Counted from the first letter of the stretch, positions 1 through 9,937 are shown. The stretch is DNA of 30,967 nucleotides from Octopus sinensis (GCF_006345805.1 NW_021832455.1:1-30967), one strand, 5' to 3'. Program-made: numbers and translations. The notes: generated from the letters alone by a model not told the origin.

Positions 1-30
1 TATGCGTTTGTGTTTATATATGCATATATA

Positions 31-108
31 GATACATAGACATACATACATACATACATACATACATACATACATACATACATACATACATACATACATA
101 CATACATG
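31..108. repeat. (CATA)n microsatellite
   Basis: Direct tetranucleotide repeat visible in the sequence. Confidence 0.95.
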
Positions 109-313
109 CATGGTAAAGAATTACTAATTTAATAATTAATAACTTTTACCAAGTAGTAAAAACTTATACAAAAGTTTATATATATATATAATATATATAT
201 ATAATATATTTTGTATATTATATTAATTAATTTATTTATTTCTATGTTTTGGTTTATGTTTTTCACTGTTTGATTTGCCTAATAGTGGTTTTATCTCTAA
301 TTTAAATGGTAAA

Positions 314-633
314 GGACCCCTTCGGTCATGAGTGACCATGGGTTTACACCTAGAGAGTTACCCTCTGAGGCACAAGTCTGGGCAAGGTTGTTCTATGGAA
401 GACCATACCGGCCTCCCCTCTCCACGCCACCAGTGTTATCCAAGGGAAAGACAAAGGTCGATACAGCTTGGCACCTGTGACGTCGCAACTCATTTCTACA
501 GCTGAGTGAACTGGAGCAACGTGAAATAAAGTGTCTTGCTCAAGAACACAACACGCAGCCCGGTTCGGGATTCGAGCTCACAACCTCATGATCGTAAGCT
601 CGACGCTCTAACCACTGAGCCATGCGCCTTCAC
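314..633 (-). mobile_element. tRNA-derived SINE, CORE-like (family A)
   Basis: The minus strand begins GGCGCATGGCTCAGTGGTTAGAGCG (A box) ... GAGCTCGAATCC (B-box-like). It then reads CTTGAGCAAGACACTTTATTTCAC...CAGCTGTAGAAATGAG, resembling the CORE domain. A second copy lies at 20028-20359. Confidence 0.85.
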
Positions 634-737
634 TAATTTAATATATAATTTAATATATATATATTTATACTATAAAATTAGATTTAATCCTAAATCTAAT
701 TTTTCCCTGTAAGTTTGGTTTTACTCCTTAATATTAT

Positions 738-740
<3 letters not shown>

Positions 741-781
<41 letters not shown>

Positions 782-793
782 TATATATTATAT

Positions 794-831
<38 letters not shown>

Positions 832-832
832 A
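741..832. repeat. (TA)n microsatellite, left flank of the 495-bp array
   Basis: Direct dinucleotide repeat. Confidence 0.95.
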
Positions 833-1116
833 TGCAACCGTAACGGTTTTTTTTAAATATACTGCCCACGCTTCCTGATGAATTCCTTTGCTGTAGAGTA
901 AGGGACTTCATCCTATATTGCTTAGTAGTAACTCGATGCTTGCTGCAGGAGGACTGGTAACCATTACAATTTGTAGCGGCGAAAGGTCTGGACGTTGTTT
1001 TCTGAGGCTGACCAAAGAATTTTTATTTTTAGATATAAGTGATGTACTCAAGTGTAGTTATGTTTTTAGCTTGTGCTTTTTCCATGATCATACGTGAGTA
1101 TTTTATTTATATCCCA

Positions 1117-1194
1117 TCGAAAGTTCTACTGAAGAAGGAATATATCTTTTTTTATAAGATTAAGTCCGAAATTGATTCAATATAGAGATAACGA
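1117..1194 (+). ncRNA. Type I hammerhead ribozyme, copy 1 (predicted cleavage 1182/1183)
   Basis: Core: CTGAAGA 1129-1135 plus an extra A. Stem II: GGA/TCC with inner ATCTT/AAGAT. GAAA 1168-1171. Stem III: ATTG/CAAT. AUA triplet 1180-1182. Stem I: TTCTA/TAGAG, then an internal loop, then TCG/CGA. Confidence 0.85.
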
Positions 1195-1611
1195 AATTTA
1201 AATTTTCTAAAGGTTAGTTGCCCGTTTTCAGTTTCAATTTTCCTGTAACAAGCGGATTATAAGTGGATAAAACAGTGTATTTGGCTTTAGAATAACCCTC
1301 TTTAGCCCTTAATTATATGATGTATATTGCAACCGTAACGGTTTTTTTTAAATATACTGCCCACGCTTCCTGATGAATTCCTTTGCTGTAGAGTAAGGGA
1401 CTTCATCCTATATTGCTTAGTAGTAACTCGATGCTTGCTGCAGGAGGACTGGTAACCATTACAATTTGTAGCGGCGAAAGGTCTGGACGTTGTTTTCTGA
1501 GGCTGACCAAAGAATTTTTATTTTTAGATATAAGTGATGTACTCAAGTGTAGTTATGTTTTTAGCTTGTGCTTTTTCCATGATCATACGTGAGTATTTTA
1601 TTTATATCCCA

Positions 1612-1688
1612 TCGAAAGTTCTACTGAAGAAGGAATATATCTTTTTTTATAAGATTAAGTCCGAATTGATTCAATATAGAGATAACGA
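1612..1688 (+). ncRNA. Type I hammerhead ribozyme, copy 2 (GAAA reduced to GAA; inactive or a sequencing indel)
   Basis: Same fold as copy 1, with CTGAAGA at 1624-1630, but it reads CCGAATTG instead of CCGAAATTG. Confidence 0.7.
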
Positions 1689-2106
1689 AATTTAAATTTT
1701 CTAAAGGTTAGTTGCCCGTTTTCAGTTTCAATTTTCCTGTAACAAGCGGATTATAAGTGGATAAAACAGTGTATTTGGCTTTAGAATAACCCTCTTTAGC
1801 CCTTAATTATATGATGTATATTGCAACCGTAACGGTTTTTTTTAAATATACTGCCCACGCTTCCTGATGAATTCCTTTGCTGTAGAGTAAGGGACTTCAT
1901 CCTATATTGCTTAGTAGTAAACTCGATGCTTGCTGCAGGAGGACTGGTAACCATTACAATTTGTAGCGGCGAAAGGTCTGGACGTTGTTTTCTGAGGCTG
2001 ACCAAAGAATTTTTATTTTTAGATATAAGTGATGTACTCAAGTGTAGTTATGTTTTTAGCTTGTGCTTTTTCCATGATCATACGTGAGTATTTTATTTAT
2101 ATCCCA

Positions 2107-2184
2107 TCGAAAGTTCTACTGAAGAAGGAATATATCTTTTTTTATAAGATTAAGTCCGAAATTGATTCAATATAGAGATAACGA
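2107..2184 (+). ncRNA. Type I hammerhead ribozyme, copy 3 (predicted cleavage 2172/2173)
   Basis: Identical to copy 1; CTGAAGA at 2119-2125. Confidence 0.85.
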
Positions 2185-2601
2185 AATTTAAATTTTCTAA
2201 AGGTTAGTTGCCCGTTTTCAGTTTCAATTTTCCTGTAACAAGCGGATTATAAGTGGATAAAACAGTGTATTTGGCTTTAGAATAACCCTCTTTAGCCCTA
2301 ATTATATGATGTATATTGCAACCGTAACGGTTTTTTTTAAATATACTGCCCACGCTTCCTGATGAATTCCTTTGCTGTAGAGTAAGGGACTTCATCCTAT
2401 ATTGCTTAGTAGTAAACTCGATGCTTGCTGCAGGAGGACTGGTAACCATTACAATTTGTAGCGGCGAAAGGTCTGGACGTTGTTTTCTGAGGCTGACCAA
2501 AGAATTTTTATTTTTAGATATAAGTGATGTACTCAAGTGTAGTTATGTTTTTAGCTTGTGCTTTTTCCATGATCATACGTGAGTATTTTATTTATATCCC
2601 A

Positions 2602-2679
2602 TCGAAAGTTCTACTGAAGAAGGAATATATCTTTTTTTATAAGATTAAGTCCGAAATTGATTCAATATAGAGATAACGA
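2602..2679 (+). ncRNA. Type I hammerhead ribozyme, copy 4 (predicted cleavage 2667/2668)
   Basis: Identical to copy 1; CTGAAGA at 2614-2620. Confidence 0.85.
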
Positions 2680-3095
2680 AATTTAAATTTTCTAAAGGTT
2701 AGTTGCCCGTTTTCAGTTTCAATTTTCCTGTAACAAGCGGATTATAAGTGGATAAAACAGTGTATTTGGCTTAGAATAACCCTCTTTAGCCCTTAATATA
2801 TGATGTATATTGCAACCGTAACGGTTTTTTTTAAATATACTGCCCACGCTTCCTGATGAATTCCTTTGCTGTAGAGTAAGGGACTTCATCCTATATTGCT
2901 TAGTAGTAAACTCGATGCTTGCTGCAGGAGGACTGGTAACCATTACAATTTGTAGCGGCGAAAGGTCTGGACGTTGTTTTCTGAGGCTGACCAAAGAATT
3001 TTTATTTTTAGATATAAGTGATGTACTCAAGTGTAGTTATGTTTTTAGCTTGTGCTTTTTCCATGATCATACGTGAGTATTTTATTTATATCCCA

Positions 3096-3173
3096 TCGAA
3101 AGTTCTACTGAAGAAGGAATATATCTTTTTTTATAAGATTAAGTCCGAAATTGATTCAATATAGAGATAACGA
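3096..3173 (+). ncRNA. Type I hammerhead ribozyme, copy 5 (predicted cleavage 3161/3162)
   Basis: Identical to copy 1; CTGAAGA at 3108-3114. Confidence 0.85.
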
Positions 3174-3515
3174 AATTTAAATTTTCTAAAGGTTAGTTGC
3201 CCGTTTTCAGTTTCAATTTTCCTGTAACAAGCGGATTATAAGTGGATAAAACAGTGTATTTGGCTTTAGAATAACCCTCTTTAGCCCTTAATTATATGAT
3301 ATATATATATATATATATATATTGTTAATTTATATTTTTCACCGGAATAGTTCAATACTGAATTTTTATTCCGACTAGGCAATTTGTTACCGAAATGCAT
3401 TGCGAATAAGCCCGCCATTTTCATAGATATGTAAAGATAAACATTCGTACATGCTACGACGAATTCTACGGTTGGCTATCGAGCTTGTAATGTTATGTTT
3501 TCTCTTATATTTCTT

Positions 3516-3592
3516 GAGTTTGTTGCACTGATGAACATGAAATGCATATTCTGCATTAAATGCGAAATCACATGTGATATGTAACTGAATTC
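3516..3592 (+). ncRNA. Type I hammerhead ribozyme of a different family (predicted cleavage 3579/3580)
   Basis: CTGATGA 3528-3534. Stem II: CAT/ATG with inner AATGCA/TGCATT. GAAA 3564-3567. Palindromic stem III ATCACATGTGAT. AUA triplet. Stem I: GTTGCA/TGTAAC extended by GAGTT/AATTC. The 10.1:11.1 pair is A-C, which is non-canonical. Confidence 0.75.
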
Positions 3593-3712
3593 TCTTTTTT
3601 AAAATGATGTGTTTTGAAGTTTTGCATTCGGTAAAATTTTGTTTATTTTTAGTAGTTTTGACCGCATTGGTCCCTCTTAGCGTGTGGTATCTACGAATCG
3701 TAGTACCCTCAA

Positions 3713-3773
3713 TATAATAATAATAATAATAATAATAATATATATATATATATATATAATATATATATATATA
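3713..3773. repeat. (TAA)n/(TA)n microsatellite
   Basis: Direct repeats. Confidence 0.9.
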
Positions 3774-3779
3774 CTTAAA

Positions 3780-4030
3780 GCGTGAATGGATTTGATGGAC
3801 GGAATCTGAAAGGAACCCATTATATATTTGTGTATGTGTGTTAAGTTCTTGACCCCTCACCACAGCTTGACAACCGGTGTCGGTGTGTTTACACATCCGT
3901 AACTTTGTGGTTTGGGATAAGAGACCGATACAATGATACCAGGCTTAACAAATAAAATAACAAATACTGGATTCGATAAACTTGATTAAAATTCTCCAAA
4001 GTGGTGTCCAGCATGGCTGAAAAATAAAAG
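3780..4030 (+). mobile_element. Diverged partial SINE (family B, 3' portion)
   Basis: Recognisable blocks CTTGACAACCGGTGTCGGTGTGTTTAC, GAGACCGATA and CCAGCATGGC, which match the family B copies. Confidence 0.6.
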
Positions 4031-4035
4031 ATGAC

Positions 4036-4036
<1 letters not shown>

Positions 4037-4122
<86 letters not shown>
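4037..4122. repeat. (TA)n microsatellite
   Basis: Direct repeat. Confidence 0.95.
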
Positions 4123-4126
<4 letters not shown>

Positions 4127-5360
4127 AAACAAGTCAAGATAGAAAAGGCTGAAATAATTTTATAAAGAACATTTCGGAACCGGTTTCGGTCATTTGAGAT
4201 TATTTCAACTGTAACAATTAAATAATTAAATTTAGAAAAATTGAAAGAAAAGTTGTTTTAAAACAATATTTGTATAGTGTTCAAATACAAGTGGCATTTT
4301 TCTTCTTTCTGCCTTTCTTTGTCTTTCTTGTTTACTCTTGTGGATTCAAGGTTCATGTGAATTCTTGGTAGGGAAGAAGAAGAAGAAGAATATATATATA
4401 TATGTTTGGTGGGGGCGTGGAGTTATTGTGCTCGTAGGTTTGCTCCCTGCCATGAAATCGACATTGCCCGTACATGTCCAGAAGTGTGCCACACGTCAGA
4501 TGTCGAAATGATAACAGAACAACTCGTGAAATGTATTGTTTTACTGAGTGTAACACCCTAACCATTAGGCCATGGTGTGTTTACACCTATGTATTTACAG
4601 CGAAAATTTCCCCCCAATACAACAATATACTGTGAACGGCTTTTTTACGGATTCGAGTAGGCCTCAAGCATATTTGAACTGGTAACAAGCTGGTAATTAT
4701 ACACATTGTTTAGCGCTTTCTTACCCTATGTATGCATACACACACACTCAAGCACGTACACATATCGTAACACGCTATTTTGTTGTTTTGTTTTTGTTCC
4801 TTTTTGCTTGTTCTACTGTTTTATTTGTTGCTCTGTTCGATCCATGGAAATTATTTATTAATTACTGTGATAATCCCATCACCGTTATTGTTATTAGAAT
4901 ACACTCAACATTTCTAGCTTCTAATGTCAACCTGTTGGCCTGTTTAATTCATTTAATATCATAATATCTTCTATAGACACACTCCTTCTCAGCTCGTTTC
5001 ATTATGCAAATGATAATTTTGCTAATGATTCCCACCGAGACTTGTTGCTGCTGTTGTTGTTGTAGGTGTTGTTAATGGTGGTGAGGAATTTTCCTGGTTC
5101 TAATCTTACTGCCATATACAGAGTGTTCGGACTTACTTTCATAGTTTGCATAAATGGAAAAGAGAACACAGAATCCCATCCAAAACTAAAACTGTTTAGA
5201 AAAGAAATATTAACTCGATTATGGCTGAATTTTCGTATTTTATATTTATTTTACGTTCTTTCCGTTTCGTGGTGTCCTGTGCCGATATACGCATGTATAT
5301 ACAAATATATGTATGTACGTATATACTTGCATGTATGCATATATATTTATATATTATTTC

Positions 5361-5697
5361 AGGAGTGGCTGTGTGGTAAGTAGCTTGCTTATGAACCATA
5401 AGGTTCCGGGTTCAGTCCCACTGTGTGGCACCTTGGGCAAGTATCTTCTACTATAACCTCGGGCCGACCAAAGCCTTGGAAACTGAAAAGAAGCCCGTCG
5501 TATATATGTATATATATATATGCATGTGTGTGTTTGTGTGTCTGTGTTTGTCCCCGTAGAATTGCTTGACAACCGATGCTGGTGTGTTTATGTCCCCGTT
5601 ACTTAGCGGTTCGGCAAATAAGTACTGGGTCGTGTTGCTCGATTTAAGGCGATGCACCAGCATGGCCGCAGTCAAATGACTGAAAAGGTAAAAGAGA
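5361..5697 (+). mobile_element. tRNA-derived SINE family B (internally deleted copy)
   Basis: Head GGAGTGGCTGTGTGGTAAG...GGTTCAGTCCC, CORE-like CTTGGGCAAG block, internal TA/TG microsatellite and tail GTCAAATGACTGAAA. Homologous to 13559-13951 and 20767-21172. Confidence 0.85.
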
Positions 5698-5874
5698 GAG
5701 TGTATGCATGTATGTGTATGTGTGTGTATGTGTGTGTATGTGTATGTGTACCTGCGTGTGTATATGCGTTTATACTCGTACCTTCAAATGGTATTTTAAA
5801 CAAACACTTACTAGCTTAAACTAGTAAAACACGCAAAGAAAAAGAATATTAAAAATGTTTCATAAAAGTATTTA

Positions 5875-6108
5875 TTGTGCACAAATTTTCCTTAAATTAT
5901 TCATGCTTGCTCCCTCTCGCCGTATGCTGTTTGCTAGTATCAAGTATACGTTGTCCACAAATATTCCTTAAATTATTCATGTTTGCTCCCTCTCGTTGTA
6001 TGCTGTTTGCTAGTATCAAGTATACGTTGTCCTTAAATTTTCCTTGAATTATTCATGTTTGCTCCCTCTCGTTGCATGCTGTTTGCTAGTATCAAGTATA
6101 TGTTGTCC
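5875..6108. repeat. 76-bp minisatellite, about 3 copies
   Basis: Unit starts at 5875, 5951, 6027 and 6103. Confidence 0.9.
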
Positions 6109-6509
6109 TCGTGTAGCATCTTGTAAGGTTTCGCTTTCATTCTGACTTGCTTTGTGCTTCTTTTTGGGGATCTTTTCCTTTTGAACGGCACATGTCAACA
6201 GAATTTTTAGTTAACTAAACACTTTTAAACTTCGTATCCTGGTAGAATGTGTTTATAAAACATCATTTTTTCTTGGCTTTATTGAGAAAATTCTATAGTT
6301 TGTAACATATTTCCACTTTAAAATCGAGCATTTCGGCAATTTTAACCAATCGCTCACCTCCATTTTGGGTGAAAAGATTCCGTGCTGTATGAATATGTCC
6401 CTTGTTTAAGAAACAGATTGGGTTTATTTACATTTGCGAAGAAAAAAACATGGTGAAAGAAAGAGTTTAGTGGAATAGTCCAAATATATTTCGTGGCAAT
6501 CAGAGCAAT

Positions 6510-6800
6510 AACTTAACCACCGACATACTACAACCTCTGTTGTCCTCTGTCTCCTGCCTAGTCCTCTGCTACCACAGCATCCTTTACTTCACTAAACTAA
6601 CGAGTTACATAGCAACTCCATGCAGATCCTCTCGGCAACTGTCTTCACACTCGTTTCACCACCAAGACTCCGCACAAACCATTTTATCCAATCTTTCATT
6701 TCCAGAAAAATCAAGACCCCTCTACAGTTCCTTCGGTACCCTCGTTATCCTTGCAGACATTGACTTACATAAAGTCAAGTTGAAAAAAAATCATCGTCTT
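6510..6800 (+). mobile_element. Degenerate CR1/L2-type LINE ORF2 3' fragment
   Basis: Broken-frame peptides RSSRQLSSHSF, RTNHFIQSFISR and DIDLHKVK resemble the C-terminus of CR1-like ORF2. Recognised by eye only. Confidence 0.45.
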
Positions 6801-7355
6801 TGTTAAGAATGTTGGAGGAGCTGTAAATGTCATGTCACCGTCACATCTCATGACTAAGTTATATACGATCAGAATGACTATTTGACGACATCATTGAACA
6901 ACCAACTCCACTCACTGAGTACAGATCAGACGATAAATGAGAGAAGCCCCAATAATTTCACGGAGGTAAAAGTCGGTGGTTACGGCTTGACACATTTTTT
7001 GCCAGGGGTGGTGATTGGGTATCCGTTTGGTCCCTTTTGGCAGTATCTGGTTTTACAGACAAGTAAATATGTGTCACAATTGATAACGGAGGTCAGTTCC
7101 ACCATAATAAAACTCTGAGTGATGCCAATCACCAACCGTCTGCCTCCCTCCGATCCTTAAATGCCAACACCTAGCAGGATGGCAAGGAGTACCATTGTTT
7201 AACAGTCGCGGTTACGACTCGGCGGTTAACGCCTACCGCCCTCCCCAGGTGGGTGTTTGCTTGATCCCAGAGGCGATTATTAATTGACAGATGGTGATGC
7301 ATTGGCAAAAATGGAACCCTCGCGATCTTTTAGGTTTTATTTCTATCACGAAAAA

Positions 7356-7659
7356 TCTTTATATATAAAATTGAAGTTGTGTGTGAGACTCTGTCTCCTC
7401 CGAATTAGATTCCTAACTACTCCCACATTTTGCGGTGCAGTTTAACCAAAAGCGGGTATTTTGTAGTCGTCATTCATATCGAGCCCTTCTGGGTATTAGC
7501 GCGCGTCTACAATGAGTCTACGATTTTAAAAAAATTTACCATCATTTTTCCGCATTTTTTATGATTTTTGCTCGGGTTATATAATGGAAGTAACTCTCTA
7601 AAAATGCTTATATAGTTATTTCCCTTACAAACACGAGCAATGCCGGGCGATACTGCTAG
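7356..7659 (+). mobile_element. Non-autonomous Helitron, copy 1 (304 bp)
   Basis: Starts A|TCTTTATATATAAAA and ends with a GC-rich hairpin (CACGAGCAATGCCGGG) followed by CTAG|T. No TSD; inserted at an A|T site. Confidence 0.85.
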
Positions 7660-8825
7660 TGAAATATATTAGGAACAACTCAACCTAATCAATCCTCCCC
7701 GTCTCGGCGAAAAGCTTGATAGTCCAGCATGTTGAACATATAAATCATCGGTCGTATCCCTAGTATGAAATGTCTAGTTCTTGGGATATTATATATTAAG
7801 TGCCACTTTCGTACTTGTCGGCTTATCACCATGTCTCTGTCTATTAGAGTCGATGTAATTGTCTCTGTCTAATTCTATAGAGAAAAGGAGGGCAATGAGA
7901 GAAAATATACGGGCGATAATGCCAGTTATACGTGGTTTTACGCAGTTTAGGGAGACAAAGATGAAAGGAAATGGTTTAGAGCGAGTCATGGGGATGAGAG
8001 GAGGAGAGATAGTTATATAGAATGTGTCCTGTTGGGGATGGGACATAACCTGCTAGTTCAGTGAGACAGAAGCTTTTGCAGTAACAGGAGAATTGACAAA
8101 AGGAGGCAACACAGTTTTGTGTGAGAAGTTTATCTGACAACAACAGAAATACATTATGGACGCTAATAATGTCCCATAACCGGCATACAAAAATATCAAG
8201 ATGAATCTGTATGGCAAAGTGTATCGTCTGCTTAAAAGATGTCGACCGTTAAAACATCCAATTTCTTTATTAGCCACGAGGACCCAAACATTGAGGGGGG
8301 CAATACAGCCTGATTGGGATCAGACACACAATGATTATATGACTTTTAAAATTTTACAAAATATAATGAAATCGAATGAGATACAACAAGGACGAAATAC
8401 AAACATGAGATGAAGCAGAGAGATGGCTTACGCTCCGACCCCACGAGCCCATTCTCCTACTGAAACTTTTGTATGCAGACTTCTGACATGTTCACGAGGG
8501 ATCTTTCATTCCCAGCACCCTCGCAACATGCAACCATCTTTCTTTGAACATTTTCTTTGAATGGCATCTTCGCCCTCATTAGGTGGGTATTTTGCTTGAT
8601 TCAATGTGTGGTAATATTAATTAATAGAGGGTAATAATTTATTAGCCAGAGGAAAATCACACCGACTTATTAGTCCCGTATGTCTAACAAAAAGTTAATT
8701 AACAACTTATGGCAATTAATTCCCACCAGCAGCAGCTTCTTAGTGGGGTCTTATGCTGCCCTGCATCTCCAACATACAAAAAGAGATGTCGTTAGTAAAG
8801 TCGACTATGTCTACCTGAGAGGACA

Positions 8826-9129
8826 TCTTTATATATAAAACTGAAGTTGTATGTGTGTCTGTCTCCTCCGATTTAGATTCCTAACTACTCCCACATTTTG
8901 CGGTGCAGTTTAACCAAAAGCGGGTATCTTATAGTCATCATTCATATCGAGCCCTTCTGGGCATTAGCGCGCGTCTACGATGAGTCTACGATTTAAAAAA
9001 AAATTACCATCATTTTTTCGTTTTTTTAATACATTTTTTGCTCGGTTTATATAAGGGAAGTAACTCTCTAAAAATGCTTACATAGTTATGTCCCTTACAA
9101 ACCCGAGCAACACCGGGCAATACTGCTGG
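8826..9129 (+). mobile_element. Non-autonomous Helitron, copy 2 (304 bp)
   Basis: Starts A|TCTTTATATATAAAA, has the hairpin CCCGAGCAACACCGGG at 9102-9117, and ends CTGG|T (CTRR). Homologous along its length to copy 1. Confidence 0.85.
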
Positions 9130-9287
9130 TTAAATGTGTTAGGTGAGATGTTTCAGAGCGAGGATCATTCCCAGCATTCATTACGAACAGGTCTCGTGAC
9201 AGCCACTAACTGTATTGTGCTACAGAGGACAAATTCTTTTATACCTTTTATTTTAGTATATCATCATCATCTCATCATCATCACTAT

Positions 9288-9440
9288 CAGAGTTCAGATC
9301 CTGCCGAGGTCAACTTAGCGCCCTTCATCCTCTCGGGCTCGATGAAAGAATGTACCAGTCATGTACTGGTGTCAGTATTATCGAATACACCATCTTACTC
9401 TTCAGAATTGCTGGCCTTGTGCCTAACTCAGAAATCCTTA
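9288..9440 (+). mobile_element. Degenerate family C SINE fragment
   Basis: GTTCAGATCCTGCCGAGGTCAAC...TTCATCCTCTCGGGCTCGAT...GTACCAG resembles the family C body. The tail GGCCTTGTGCCTA resembles that of 25636-25846. Confidence 0.55.
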
Positions 9441-9441
9441 T

Positions 9442-9458
9442 ATCATCACCATCATCAT

Positions 9459-9520
<62 letters not shown>

Positions 9521-9545
9521 TCACCACCACCACCATCATCATCAT

Positions 9546-9577
<32 letters not shown>

Positions 9578-9905
9578 CCACCACCACATCATCATCATCA
9601 TCATCTCATCATCATCACCATCATCACCATCATCATCATTATCATCATCATCACTATCATCATCACTATCATCATCACTATCATCATCACTATCACCATC
9701 ATCATCATCATCATCATATCATCATCACCACCACCACATCATCATCATCATCATCACCACCACCATCCATCATCATCATCATCATCACCACATCATCATC
9801 ATCATCATCATCACCATCACCATTATCATCATCATCATCATCAATCATCATCATCATCATCACCACCATCATCATCATCACCACCATCATCATCATCATC
9901 ATCAT

Positions 9906-9937
<32 letters not shown>

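Larger units (their letters stand above)
833..3300 (+). repeat. Tandem array of five ~495-bp units, each with a hammerhead ribozyme (retrozyme/Penelope-like repeat)
   Basis: The marker GCAACCGTAACGG recurs at 834, 1329, 1823, 2318 and 2812 (period 494-495). The units differ only by 1-nt indels as far as I can see. Confidence 0.95.

Noticed and set aside
875-912. CTGATGA followed by a hairpin in each array unit, as a second hammerhead
   Set aside because: The hairpin (GATGAATTCCTT/AAGGGACTTCATC) is followed by CTTC rather than GAAA and sequesters the box itself. There is no stem III or NUH site.
1094-1218. Splice-donor-like GTGAGT (1094) and GTTAGT (1213) flanking the ribozyme
   Set aside because: Six-mers are common in AT-rich DNA and no coherent exon frame was found. 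It cannot be supported without RNA data.
696-3030. Repeated minus-strand ORFs MSTSLISKNK... in the 495-bp array
   Set aside because: They are short, their ends change with 1-nt indels between units, they have no recognisable domain, and they are antisense to the ribozyme strand.
833-3300. Array as a CRISPR array or a canonical Helitron concatemer
   Set aside because: There are no unique spacers and the context is eukaryotic. A TC start and a small hairpin exist on the minus strand, but there is no CTRR terminus.
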